Origin: a virus
Lineage: Duplodnaviria; Caudoviricetes
Direction: 5' to 3' (one strand)
IMG/VR virus record: IMGVR_UViG_3300032330_001133
Location: 1-29,144 of that record
DNA: 29,144 nt
Part shown: positions 1-8,836 of the stretch, piece after piece
How positions within the stretch are numbered: position 1 is the stretch's first letter
Layout of the letters: each line of letters begins with the position of its first letter
Notes under the pieces: model-generated
Seen by the model: the letters and a program-made list of their open reading frames with translations, nothing else
What the model was told of the DNA's origin: nothing
Databases searched by the model: none
Program-made: the position numbers and the translations under genes

Positions 1-646
1 CTACTACATCTTGAACATGTATGTATTCACGAATATCGTTTCCGCCGTTTCTTACCTCAAAAACTGAGTCGTCTATGTAGGACTTTATTATGCCAGGAAT
101 AAGTCTTTGAGCATTACTGTCTCCAACTCCGTACATATTGCATGCTCTGGTAGAAACTACTGGCATACCATATGTTCTCCTGTAAGACCTTGACAAAAGG
201 TCGGTGGCGGATTTAGATGCATCATAAGGATATACTCCATCTAGCCTGTGTGATTCTAAATATTCAAGGCCGTCTAACTCCCCATATGCCTTATCGCTGC
301 TTGCAACAACAATAGACCTACATTTTTTATATTCTCTAAGGGACTCAAGTACGTTTAGAGTTCCAACAAAATTGATATAAAACGTGTTGTAAGGATATTT
401 TAAAGAATCGTATGCCTGTGTCTGTGCAGCCAAATGTATAAAGTAGTCTGGCATAGATTTTTGAACAAAATAGTCTACGTCTGACTTTATAGAAACATTG
501 CCATAGACCTTGTTAAGGTTTTCATTTAAAGAAACAGAATAAAACTCATCTTTTACAAGTATGAATACGTCGTGCCCTCTATCAGAATAATAGTTTGCTA
601 GGTTAGAACCAAGTAAACCGCTTGCACCAGTTATGGCTATTCTCAT
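1..646 (-). CDS. NAD-dependent epimerase/dehydratase (NDP-sugar 4,6-dehydratase-like, extended SDR); runs off the window edge
   Basis: Manual translation from ATG at 646 (TAATG overlap with the RNR stop): MRIAITGASGLLGS (GxxGxxG), HLAAQ, ASSDKAYG, YDASK (YxxxK), NMYGVGD, REYIHVQDVV. Absent from the ORF track because it is partial. Confidence 0.9.
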   Translation of the reverse strand, partial: MRIAITGASGLLGSNLANYYSDRGHDVFILVKDEFYSVSLNENLNKVYGNVSIKSDVDYFVQKSMPDYFIHLAAQTQAYDSLKYPYNTFYINFVGTLNVLESLREYKKCRSIVVASSDKAYGELDGLEYLESHRLDGVYPYDASKSATDLLSRSYRRTYGMPVVSTRACNMYGVGDSNAQRLIPGIIKSYIDDSVFEVRNGGNDIREYIHVQDVV

Positions 647-2580
647 TATGCAGAAATATCTACTAGTTCACAATTACCATCAGAGCTGCATGCTAGAGTT
701 GCATTTGTAGATGTGCCATCTTCGGTTTCATAAAAAGATAAATCTTCCCATCGAATATTCTTTGGCATCTTTGCCAACAACGCATCATACTCTTCTTTTG
801 TAACTTCCTGATAAGGTGCTTGCTTGTATGTGTGATCTGAATGAGGAAGGAATGAAATTCCAGACACCTCATCAAAATGCTTGTACACCCATGCTCCAAC
901 TTCCATCCACTCTTCTTCTTTTACAGAAACTGTAATTGATGGCTTATGTTCACACCATGCACGTTGATAAATTAACCAAGTATTTAAGTGATCTAATGCT
1001 GTTAAATCATTTCTAACAATTGCGCCTTCTGGTGCTTTTACTGGAAATGAAAACACATAAGTATCATTTGGCTTCATGACATCATCTTCTACTGGAATAC
1101 CAACTTCTTTTAAGAAAGTTGAAATTGGATCTCCTTTTGAGCCACGAACTGTTCTAATGTAATACGGTGAATGCCATGGATGCATTCCTGAAGATACCCC
1201 GACCAATTGAGATACTGTTCCAGAAGGCTTTACACAAGTAATAGCTGCTGACTCAGGAATCCCAATTTTTCCAGCCTCTTCCGAGTTAATAGATCTTGCG
1301 TATTCACGAAGACCATTCAAAGTTGTTTCTAATTTATCCAAGCCCTGTTTGCCAGAAAAGAACTTGTGTCCAAACTGACCTGTCAGAGAAACTCCAAGAA
1401 GTCGTTCTTCTTCTGTATTATCTTTCCAAATTTTACGCAAATACTTAAAGTCTGTTAACGTTGATTGCCATGTCCCAAGAATTGTTGCAAGTCGGACTTT
1501 ATTTGAGACTTCTTCAACTGTATCTTTTTCACGTAATACGACTTCTGAAAGATTACAAAACTGATAGGGACGAAGAATAATCTCTGAGCATGGATTTGTT
1601 CCGTAGTGAACTTCTGGATCTCTTCTACCATATTTACCAGCTTGCGCTTGAGCTGCAGCAACATTGTAAATACCACGTTCTCCTGATTTTGAATCATATA
1701 AATTTTTCCATTCTGTTATAAACTGCTCCATTTGTGGCTTACGAGAATAAGCAACGGAGTTATTTGAAAGTGCACGTTGTGCATTGTTTTCCCACCAGTT
1801 GCCAGACTTTGCAGAAGCCATTTCAATGTCATTAATGTTTGACAAAGAAATCATTGCTGAGCGACGGACTCCACCAACAACAACTACCTCACCAATTTTA
1901 CACATAATGTCATGGGCTTCAATTGGCTTTAGTTGGCGGCCTGTGGCATTTTTAAATTTGGCAATTGTAAAATCAAAAAGGTTTACTAGTGGCTGTGGGC
2001 CAGAACTTCTCCCACCCATTGTCTTTAAACGAGCACCAGCTGGTCTTACCTTGCTTACATCTAATGCTGGAATATGTCCAGTCCATAAAAGTGCGAGCAA
2101 CTCACGATATGCTTTAGCCCAGCCTTGCTTTGAATCTTCTACAACAATAACAGTATCTGACTTTTCCAAAGTTTCTGGAACGGATGGAAGCTTATTTACA
2201 TACTTATATTCAACAGAAAATCCTACTCCAGTTCCGCACATTAAAATGTACATTGTTTCATCAAATGATCTTGGAGAATCTACTGGAATAAATGAACAAT
2301 TGTATCCTGCAACATTATCCCTTTCTAGTGCCACACCTGCTGTCATAACTGACCTCATAGATGGCATTACATTTCTATTAAAAACAGCTGTCTTTAGTTC
2401 TTCTACAAGTTTTGTATCTGGAATGTAATTATAATCATCTTTTAGGTGATTAATCATAAAGTCAAAATATCTATCTACTGTCTCTCCCCAAGTTTCTCTT
2501 CTTCCTTCGGATTCAACCCACTTTGCATATCTTGATAAAGCAATAAAGTTTTCGTATGGGTTTTCAATAGTTTTTGACAT
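646..2580 (-). CDS. nrdJ: Class II (adenosylcobalamin-dependent) ribonucleotide reductase
   Basis: GYNCSF, GTGVGFS, GGVRRSA, TNPCSEI active-site loop, VKPSGT, C-terminal redox Cys pair (ACSSDGNC); no beta subunit adjacent. Confidence 0.9.
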   Translation of the reverse strand: MSKTIENPYENFIALSRYAKWVESEGRRETWGETVDRYFDFMINHLKDDYNYIPDTKLVEELKTAVFNRNVMPSMRSVMTAGVALERDNVAGYNCSFIPVDSPRSFDETMYILMCGTGVGFSVEYKYVNKLPSVPETLEKSDTVIVVEDSKQGWAKAYRELLALLWTGHIPALDVSKVRPAGARLKTMGGRSSGPQPLVNLFDFTIAKFKNATGRQLKPIEAHDIMCKIGEVVVVGGVRRSAMISLSNINDIEMASAKSGNWWENNAQRALSNNSVAYSRKPQMEQFITEWKNLYDSKSGERGIYNVAAAQAQAGKYGRRDPEVHYGTNPCSEIILRPYQFCNLSEVVLREKDTVEEVSNKVRLATILGTWQSTLTDFKYLRKIWKDNTEEERLLGVSLTGQFGHKFFSGKQGLDKLETTLNGLREYARSINSEEAGKIGIPESAAITCVKPSGTVSQLVGVSSGMHPWHSPYYIRTVRGSKGDPISTFLKEVGIPVEDDVMKPNDTYVFSFPVKAPEGAIVRNDLTALDHLNTWLIYQRAWCEHKPSITVSVKEEEWMEVGAWVYKHFDEVSGISFLPHSDHTYKQAPYQEVTKEEYDALLAKMPKNIRWEDLSFYETEDGTSTNATLACSSDGNCELVDISA

Positions 2581-2670
2581 TTTTTAGTGACACCTTTTCT
2601 CCGCCTTGAGCAGTTAATTAAATTTTGAATGAAGTCTAAGTGTATCAAACTTTTTGTTAGCGGTCTAGGG

Positions 2671-3660
2671 TTAAGGAAACTTTTTTACAACATCTGAAAA
2701 AGCTTTATCAGTCAACTGCAACCAGTTATATTCTTCATGTATTTTTTTTGATTGAGCAAAATAATAGCCAGAGTATGCTTTAAAGTTATGGGCAACATCT
2801 CTCATAAGCTCAAGTAGATGTAGATAGTTTGGTTCGTAAACCATTCCTTCATGGGGGAATTGCCAGGGTGATTCAATGAGATCTGATTTTAATGAAAGTG
2901 GGCCAAGATATTTTTTGTAATGAGCCCAGTCATTAGTGCATATAGTTGGCATTCCAGTTGCAAGAGCTTGGAGCGGAATAAATCCAAAACCCTCTCCGTA
3001 GCTAGGATACACTAATACATCATGGTCGTGATAAAGTTTTACTAAATCTTCTTCAGGTATGTCTTTTGTTATTAACTTTATATTATTATAAACTTGGTGA
3101 GGCAAACCAATTATTTCTTTGTCTAAAAAGTTATTATAAATTCTTGTAGTATTATTTCCATAAGCTTTTATAGTTAAAGAGTATTTGGGATTATTTCCAT
3201 ACAAATGGGCAAAAGCATCTACAACCATTTGACCAGCTTTTCTTGGGGCTGGCTCTCCTATATGCAAAAATTTAATTACATCAGACTCTTGTCTTTTTTT
3301 AGGGGACCAAATTTCTTTAATGCCATGTGGATAAACTTTTATATTTTTAAATCCATTATCTTCAAAAACATTAGCACACCAGTCTGAAGTTGTCCAAATT
3401 TCATCACAATGATTTAACATGTCAGTCCATCTATCTGGAATTTTTGTTGACTCCCATGGAGTATAACCAATTTGATATTGATTTCTATGCATTTTAAAAT
3501 GCTCTGGTTGTGCAAAATTTAACTGTACTGGAGATTTTGGATCACCATATGGAACTGTGTGTCCCAGCGCCTGCAGGGACTCAACTATATTTAATCCAGC
3601 ATAACCGTATCCATTAGACCCTTTTAGGTTAATAGTTGGAGTGAAAAATGATATTTTCAT
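2671..3660 (-). CDS. GT-B glycosyltransferase (GT4 / Glycos_transf_1-like)
   Basis: YTPWES, RKAG and DVLVYPSYGEGFGFIPLQALATGMP motifs; start taken at MKISFF (ATG 3660). Confidence 0.88.
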   Translation of the reverse strand: MKISFFTPTINLKGSNGYGYAGLNIVESLQALGHTVPYGDPKSPVQLNFAQPEHFKMHRNQYQIGYTPWESTKIPDRWTDMLNHCDEIWTTSDWCANVFEDNGFKNIKVYPHGIKEIWSPKKRQESDVIKFLHIGEPAPRKAGQMVVDAFAHLYGNNPKYSLTIKAYGNNTTRIYNNFLDKEIIGLPHQVYNNIKLITKDIPEEDLVKLYHDHDVLVYPSYGEGFGFIPLQALATGMPTICTNDWAHYKKYLGPLSLKSDLIESPWQFPHEGMVYEPNYLHLLELMRDVAHNFKAYSGYYFAQSKKIHEEYNWLQLTDKAFSDVVKKFP

Positions 3661-3683
3661 AATTCTCTTTCTAGTTGACTGGC

Positions 3684-3713
3684 TTGACACCCTTTAAACA
3701 TCAATGCTATTAT
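3684..3713 (+). promoter_or_regulatory. sigma70/sigmaA-type promoter of the transglycosylase operon
   Basis: TTGACA-N18-TATTAT, followed by AAAGGAGG SD before ATG 3741. Confidence 0.65.
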
Positions 3714-3740
3714 TATAGTTCGTTATCTCTAAAGGAGGAA

Positions 3741-4292
3741 ATGCCAATGGAGAATATAAAACAAAAGCTTAGCGATTTTGTTCACAGTACGACTGCAATA
3801 GTAATGATAACATTATTTCTATTTGCAAACAATACAGTGGTACCAGCAAACGCTTTGTTAGTAAAACCAAAGACAGAAGTACAACTAAAGAAAGAAACCT
3901 TAGAAAAGTACAGCAATACTGTTTACAAGCCTTCCGAGGCGCTGGACGGAAAAGAGTTAAAAGCTCTTCTTTGGGCAGCAGGTTTTGAAGGTAGTGCCCT
4001 TAAAAAGGCATGGGCCATTGCTATGAGGGAGTCTCACGGACGACCAATGGCATATAATGGCAACAGGAAAACTGGAGACAGTTCCTATGGAATTTTTCAG
4101 ATCAACATGTTGGGTAATCTCGGCGATGTTCGTAAAGAAAAATTTAACTTAAAGTCGAATGTGCTATTATTCGACCCAACTATAAATGCAGAGATAACGT
4201 ACTATATGACTGATGGCGGAACCAATTGGTCAGCTTGGAAGGGTTTAAACCAACCAGCACAGAAATGGCTCAAGTCATTTCCTAACAGTTAG
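3741..4292 (+). CDS. Secreted lysozyme-fold / lytic transglycosylase (SLT-like) protein
   Basis: Hydrophobic N-terminus ending A-N-A, then AIAMRES (catalytic Glu), SYGIFQIN, NAEI..Y and NWSAW motifs. Confidence 0.8.
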   Translation: MPMENIKQKLSDFVHSTTAIVMITLFLFANNTVVPANALLVKPKTEVQLKKETLEKYSNTVYKPSEALDGKELKALLWAAGFEGSALKKAWAIAMRESHGRPMAYNGNRKTGDSSYGIFQINMLGNLGDVRKEKFNLKSNVLLFDPTINAEITYYMTDGGTNWSAWKGLNQPAQKWLKSFPNS

Positions 4293-4302
4293 AAGAGGAT
4301 AA

Positions 4303-4512
4303 ATGAGGATACAATACGTATCTAAATATATAGCATTATCAGAAGAAGGCCTTGTATCTAAAATGGCATGTCCAGTAGATCAGGGCCTTCTTTATCCTAA
4401 TTTGGATAATGAAGATAATATATTTTTATATTGCTCTACGTGTGACTATTCAAAAACACTTGGGCTTGCTTTATATGACAAAATAGTAAAGGCGGTAGAA
4501 AATAATGGATGA
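4303..4512 (+). CDS. Small Zn-ribbon-like hypothetical protein
   Basis: CPVD...CSTC; GAGG SD; coupled to the next ORF. Confidence 0.7.
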   Translation: MRIQYVSKYIALSEEGLVSKMACPVDQGLLYPNLDNEDNIFLYCSTCDYSKTLGLALYDKIVKAVENNG

Positions 4513-4720
4513 GAATAAAAGCGACAATTTAGAGGATAATTTGCCTATGGTAAATTACATCATGTTGCACAGAATTTACGACCTACTAACACTAATAGGA
4601 AATAAGTTAGTTGGAAGTGAAGATATTAGTAAAATGGTAGAATATCATGATAAGGGGTATTTATTAGGACCCCTCCCATCATACACAGCAAATGAAACAG
4701 GAGAAGAAAATGGTAACTAA
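4505..4720 (+). CDS. Hypothetical protein
   Basis: Overlapping ORF in the operon; AAGGCGGT upstream. Confidence 0.7.
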   Translation: MDENKSDNLEDNLPMVNYIMLHRIYDLLTLIGNKLVGSEDISKMVEYHDKGYLLGPLPSYTANETGEENGN

Positions 4721-4907
4721 AGAACAAGCAGTAGAAATTATGGTTGAATCATTAAATATTATGCAGCGTCAAACTGCAGTTGCTACTAAACAAGATTTGG
4801 TAGAGCTTGAAAAGTTTTTAATTCAGGTTGGGCCTCAATACAGACAAATGTGTGCAGGACTATATGATTCTTTGGTTCACAAAGGCGTAATTTTACCTAC
4901 AGCATAA
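4710..4907 (+). CDS. Hypothetical protein
   Basis: AGGAG SD before ATG 4710 (MVTKEQ). Confidence 0.65.
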   Translation: MVTKEQAVEIMVESLNIMQRQTAVATKQDLVELEKFLIQVGPQYRQMCAGLYDSLVHKGVILPTA

Positions 4908-4910
4908 CTA

Positions 4911-4939
4911 TTGACTTAATATAAACTTACACTTATACT
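4911..4939 (+). promoter_or_regulatory. Near-consensus promoter driving a non-coding transcript
   Basis: TTGACT-N17-TATACT. Confidence 0.75.
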
Positions 4940-4946
4940 AAGTATT

Positions 4947-5032
4947 ACATAAGTTGAGCAATTTATTGCTCCTTATGTTTTGCCTTTAATGGCAGCATAT
5001 CCCAATCAGATCCGCCTCTGGTTGGGATTTTT
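4947..5032 (+). ncRNA. Candidate small RNA with three hairpins; the last has loop UCCGCC
   Basis: ACATAAG-TT-GAGCAA-ttta-TTGCTC-CTTATGT; TGCC-tttaat-GGCA; ATCCCAATCAGA-tccgcc-TCTGGTTGGGAT-tttt. Begins 7-8 nt after the -10 element. Confidence 0.6.
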
Positions 5033-5046
5033 GCTATAATAGACAT

Positions 5047-5205
5047 ATGCCAAGAGATCATTTTTCACAACAAATGAGTAATCCCTACTTTCAAACAAAA
5101 CACTACAAGGAAGAAAGTGCTGCTGCTAAAATGGAAATGGGCATAGAAAATAAAATTAAATCATTTTTTAAAAAATTTAAAATACCTGGACTAAGAAGAA
5201 AGTAA
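5047..5205 (+). CDS. Small basic hypothetical protein (52 aa), probably leaderless
   Basis: MPRDHFSQQMSNPYFQ...GLRRK; TATAAT at 5035-5040, 6 nt before the ATG. Confidence 0.6.
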   Translation: MPRDHFSQQMSNPYFQTKHYKEESAAAKMEMGIENKIKSFFKKFKIPGLRRK

Positions 5206-5212
5206 GGAAATT

Positions 5213-6043
5213 ATGTTTACTGATAATAAAAACTTTGAGCAGGTTGCTGATCAAATCTGGATATGGAGAAACTTCATAACAGAAGAAGAAAATCAGCTAG
5301 TTATGAATCTTATGAAAGAGCATGAGGCAAGATTTGAAAATAAGCAGGAAGCTTTTAAGTTTGAGGACCAGGCAATTGACTGGTATAAAAATAAGACTAG
5401 CCCTTTAATTATTGAGCTAAAGCCTATATGGGACAGAATATCTGCCGCTCTATATCCAGAACATTATATTCATCCACAGCTATTTGTAAACGTAATGAGA
5501 CCTGGAGATGAAGGAATGTTTGTGCATGCAGACAGCCCAGGAATGAATATGGAACATAATCTTACTCAACTAGATAGATGGTCAACATGCTGCAGATTAA
5601 GCCATGGACTTGTTACTTATTTTGGTGACTACACAGACGGTCAAATATTTTATCCTAACATTGAAAAAGACGGTACTGTAAAAACAAGACCTGGGGACTT
5701 TGAAGATTGCCTAGAGATAGATGTCCGTCCAGGAGATCTTGCAATACACGGAGCAACTCATCCATGGGAACATGGAGTAAGAAAAATTACATCTGGTACA
5801 AGATATGCCTACTCAAATTTCTGCATGGAGTTAGAACATGCACCTGGAACATATGAGTTATTTAATCCAGAAAAACATCCTCATATAAAAGATAGAGAAG
5901 AAATTATTAGCTGGGTAAATACAGTATATCCAGAAACTACATTCTGCAAAAAGAAATGTATTTGTGGAGATTCTGCAGACTTTCCTTATTGCGACAATAC
6001 TCACAAAGCAGTAAATAAAAAGAAAGCAGAAGAAGGGCTATAA
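5213..6043 (+). CDS. 2OG-Fe(II) oxygenase with C-terminal CDGSH-type Fe-S domain
   Basis: HAD...HGV..ITSGTRY facial triad and 2OG-binding Arg; C-terminal CICGDSADFPYCDNTH. Confidence 0.85.
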   Translation: MFTDNKNFEQVADQIWIWRNFITEEENQLVMNLMKEHEARFENKQEAFKFEDQAIDWYKNKTSPLIIELKPIWDRISAALYPEHYIHPQLFVNVMRPGDEGMFVHADSPGMNMEHNLTQLDRWSTCCRLSHGLVTYFGDYTDGQIFYPNIEKDGTVKTRPGDFEDCLEIDVRPGDLAIHGATHPWEHGVRKITSGTRYAYSNFCMELEHAPGTYELFNPEKHPHIKDREEIISWVNTVYPETTFCKKKCICGDSADFPYCDNTHKAVNKKKAEEGL

Positions 6044-6307
6044 TTTAGCCTTATATTTCTCATTTCCTGTTAAATCGTACAATATGGACATTAGCTTTTC
6101 ACAGTGCTCATGACTTCCTGAGTACCATATGTTACATTGACCCTCAGAAACGTTCAAACATTGCTCTAAATAGCCCTCAAGCCGTTTTACGACCCATTCT
6201 AGGGCGGTGGTGGCAAGAAGAGTGTCTGCCATATAGTAGTTACATTCTCTATATCTGGCATCCTTAAATTCTTTGGTTAATTGATGCAATACGGATTTAT
6301 CGATCAT
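6038..6307 (-). CDS. Hypothetical protein
   Basis: 89-aa ORF with ATGA overlap to the upstream oxygenase. Confidence 0.65.
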   Translation of the reverse strand: MIDKSVLHQLTKEFKDARYRECNYYMADTLLATTALEWVVKRLEGYLEQCLNVSEGQCNIWYSGSHEHCEKLMSILYDLTGNEKYKAKL

Positions 6308-6828
6308 ATATTATTAAAGAACAATATAAAATTAGTTCTTTCCCCTGAAATAACTTTATTCACACCATGCTCAAATTCTTCAATTCCTGGAAAAAATACT
6401 AAAGTTCCTGGATCTGGCTTTAGTTCAATATCTAATTTAGAAAAATTAATTTCTCCGCCTTCATAATCATTGCTTAAATAAAGAATAGCGCTATAGACAT
6501 TTTGAGCTTTTCCTTCTTCTTCTTCTGCATAATAATCATCCCAGTGATGTCCAACTTCTCCGCCAGAGTATATGGTTTGAACTAAACATCTTTTTAACTT
6601 TAAGCTTAAATTAAAATGATCTTCCATTAACGACTGAATATCACGAATTGCTTTGTGCATACTTGCATGAATTATTGGTTGACTAAGATTTAATCTAGAC
6701 TCATCAGTTGTACCCCAGTGGAATCCAATATGATTTCTAATATCTGGTTCCATCTGTCTAAAATAGTTAGTTAAAAATATAGATCCATCAGTACTAATAA
6801 AATTTTCAACTATTGCTGGTTTAGACAT
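6304..6828 (-). CDS. 2OG-Fe(II) oxygenase (prolyl-4-hydroxylase-like)
   Basis: HWD, SAILYLSNDYEGGEI, HGVNKVISGER; start MSKPAI at 6828. Confidence 0.88.
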   Translation of the reverse strand: MSKPAIVENFISTDGSIFLTNYFRQMEPDIRNHIGFHWGTTDESRLNLSQPIIHASMHKAIRDIQSLMEDHFNLSLKLKRCLVQTIYSGGEVGHHWDDYYAEEEEGKAQNVYSAILYLSNDYEGGEINFSKLDIELKPDPGTLVFFPGIEEFEHGVNKVISGERTNFILFFNNI

Positions 6829-7417
6829 AAATGCTTCCTGCAGTGAATGCGAAAGTAGAGAGAGTATATCTATGTCCAGATGTAACTCTTTTAACACCAT
6901 GAGTAAATTGCTTGGCTCCGCCATGAACTATAAGAGTATTTGCCTTTGGTTTAAATGTAATGTCTTTTTCTGTGTAAACTAACTCGCCACCCTCATAATC
7001 ATCATTAATGTAGAAAAGAGCTCCGTGAGTAATTCTTGAATCATCATCTAGTGGTCCGTAGTCAGAATCATAATGTGGATACATTGACCACTCTTCATCA
7101 TCCCAAAAAGTAGATCCCTCTATTGGAGGATTAGATTCTGGAGTAAATCTATTGATAGTGTAGTTTGGTCGGTGGACAGAAGTTTCAGAGTTAACTAACT
7201 CTCCCATTGCAAGATTGACTTTATACAAAGCCATAGTAGCCTCTGAACTAGAAGCTACATGCTTGGTATTATTTTTCCAAAGGGACTCTGAGTCCCAACT
7301 TGGAATCGATCCCCATTCTGCTGGATCCTTACAGAAATCTTGAAGTGCTTTAATTTCGTCGGCTGACAAAAAGTCCTCAACATAGATAATTCCTTCTGCT
7401 AAGTTTCTTCTTATCAT
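6821..7417 (-). CDS. 2OG-Fe(II) oxygenase (prolyl-4-hydroxylase-like)
   Basis: HYD, YINDDYEGGEL, HGVKRVTSGHRY; AAGGAG SD. Confidence 0.88.
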   Translation of the reverse strand: MIRRNLAEGIIYVEDFLSADEIKALQDFCKDPAEWGSIPSWDSESLWKNNTKHVASSSEATMALYKVNLAMGELVNSETSVHRPNYTINRFTPESNPPIEGSTFWDDEEWSMYPHYDSDYGPLDDDSRITHGALFYINDDYEGGELVYTEKDITFKPKANTLIVHGGAKQFTHGVKRVTSGHRYTLSTFAFTAGSIYV

Positions 7418-7430
7418 TTTGACTCCTTTG

Positions 7431-7505
7431 TAGGGATACTCGGATTTGAACCGAGAATCTATTGTATATAAGACAAGTGCTTTAACCAGATTAAGCTATA
7501 TCCCC
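7431..7505 (-). tRNA. tRNA-Ile, anticodon UAU; CCA not encoded
   Basis: GGGGATA-TAGCTTAATCTGGTTAAAGC-A-CTTGT-CT-TAT-AT-ACAAT-AGATT-CTCGG-TTCAAAT-CCGAG-TATCCCT-A cloverleaf. Confidence 0.9.
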
Positions 7506-7511
7506 TTGGGA

Positions 7512-7631
7512 TTAGCGTATTCGGTTTCCAGCTATTAGTTTTTCGATGCATGCTACGCAAAAGTTTTCCAGTATGCCTTTGGCGTTAATACGCTCAACAT
7601 ACTTTGGCTTATTGCAGAAATCACATGTCAT
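7512..7631 (-). CDS. 39-aa Cys4 microprotein, probably leaderless
   Basis: MTCDFCNKPK...FCVACIEK; TATAAT 6 nt upstream of the ATG. Confidence 0.6.
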   Translation of the reverse strand: MTCDFCNKPKYVERINAKGILENFCVACIEKLIAGNRIR

Positions 7632-7715
7632 AAGAATATTATACTATAGATAAATATAGTTGACTAGGACCTATATACAGTGAAAGTGCGAAAAGTGCGT
7701 CGGCGAGAAGAACCA

Positions 7716-8609
7716 TCATTTTTTAATTATGCAGACTTTTCTTCTTTCGACGCTTTCCCAGTGTACCTGGGACAATTCGTCATGAAGAAGCATTTGGAAC
7801 GGGAATCCTTTAAGGCCTTCTTTATCAATTGCAGCTAAATGAGCTACCCAATCTTCCTCATTATCAAATTTCTTTCTTTCTTCAAAAAATTCTGGAGGAA
7901 ATGGAGCTGTAAGGAATTGACGTACATAGAACTTATTTCCAACAACGGGTTCTACAGAATGGAATACATCTGTTCTAAATAGCAGAGCATCTCCAGCTTC
8001 TGGTTTATATGTTATCGGTTTGTCGACTAAATAATACTCTCTACCTTCTCCATCAACTTTCTTTTCTGCATTCTCAATATCAATAAATGAGATTTCTCCA
8101 CCTTTGTAGTCGTCGTTAGGGTATAGGTTGAAAGTTAGCATATGCTTTTGTCCACCAAACCACGCTCTGCGATCAACATGCCATTCCATGGACAAGGGAC
8201 GTTCGGCGGGAGTATCAATAGACTCATATACAGCAACATCAGCATGGTGCCAATTCTGTGGATTAGTAACAAGACTCGCTTCTTCTTTACAGCTAATTGG
8301 AATTACTCTATTTGGACCCAAGAGATCTATATACTCTTGACTTAATGTATCAGTATTATAATGGGCCAAGGCATCCCAGAACTTATCTAGCGATTGTTCA
8401 ATTAGCCATTTGCCATCTCCAGAAGCTTCTGCAAATTCCGCCGTATGTGCAAAGACTTTACATCCTAATCCCCATGGAGGCCATATCTCCCAGTTACTTA
8501 GAACTTCATCGCCATTCTTAGATGCATTTATTATATCCATCCACTTCTGTGGATCTTCAATTGCATTCTTAAATAACAGAACGTCTTTAGTTAAAATCTG
8601 TGGTTTCAT
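7716..8609 (-). CDS. 2OG-Fe(II) oxygenase
   Basis: WHVD, YPNDDYKGGEI, HSVEPV; start at 8609 (MKPQ) or 8627. Confidence 0.85.
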   Translation of the reverse strand: MKPQILTKDVLLFKNAIEDPQKWMDIINASKNGDEVLSNWEIWPPWGLGCKVFAHTAEFAEASGDGKWLIEQSLDKFWDALAHYNTDTLSQEYIDLLGPNRVIPISCKEEASLVTNPQNWHHADVAVYESIDTPAERPLSMEWHVDRRAWFGGQKHMLTFNLYPNDDYKGGEISFIDIENAEKKVDGEGREYYLVDKPITYKPEAGDALLFRTDVFHSVEPVVGNKFYVRQFLTAPFPPEFFEERKKFDNEEDWVAHLAAIDKEGLKGFPFQMLLHDELSQVHWESVERRKVCIIKK

Positions 8610-8664
8610 TTTTTCGCCTTTCGACATAGTTATATCTTATATATATTATATACTATAGTGGATA

Positions 8665-8797
8665 CTTGGGCATTAGATTTTTTAGCAAACCCCCCCTACC
8701 CCCCAAATTTAAACTTTTTGGAAAGTAGAGGAGAGTCTGAAATCAAATCCCAAGAATGCTTGGTATATTGAGTTCCTTAGTGTAACCCCCCGAAACC
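8665..8797 (-). ncRNA. Candidate structured ncRNA or long leader (imperfect ~90-nt hairpin)
   Basis: Minus-strand TTGACT-N18-TACACT (8833-8804); CUUGGG/CCCAAG, GAUUU/AAAUC and CAGACUCUCCUCUAC/GUAGGGGGGGUUUG pairings with many G-U pairs. Confidence 0.45.
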
Positions 8798-8836
8798 GTT
8801 GCAAGTGTAACATTTATTATTTTCGAAAGTCAAGAC

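Noticed and set aside
1784-2428. 214-aa plus-strand ORF, and other short ORFs inside nrdJ
   Set aside because: Antisense or alternate-frame shadows of a well-supported gene, with no motifs or RBS.
646-2580. Intein or intron in the ribonucleotide reductase
   Set aside because: The ORF is continuous and compact, with no splicing motifs or insertion.
3327-3335. TGTGGATAA DnaA-box matches inside coding regions (also ~25572)
   Set aside because: Single, unpaired, and explained by Tyr-Pro-His codons.
6454-6460. GGCGGA matches inside oxygenase genes as sRNA targets
   Set aside because: Explained by Gly-Gly codons of the EGG motif and not near start codons.
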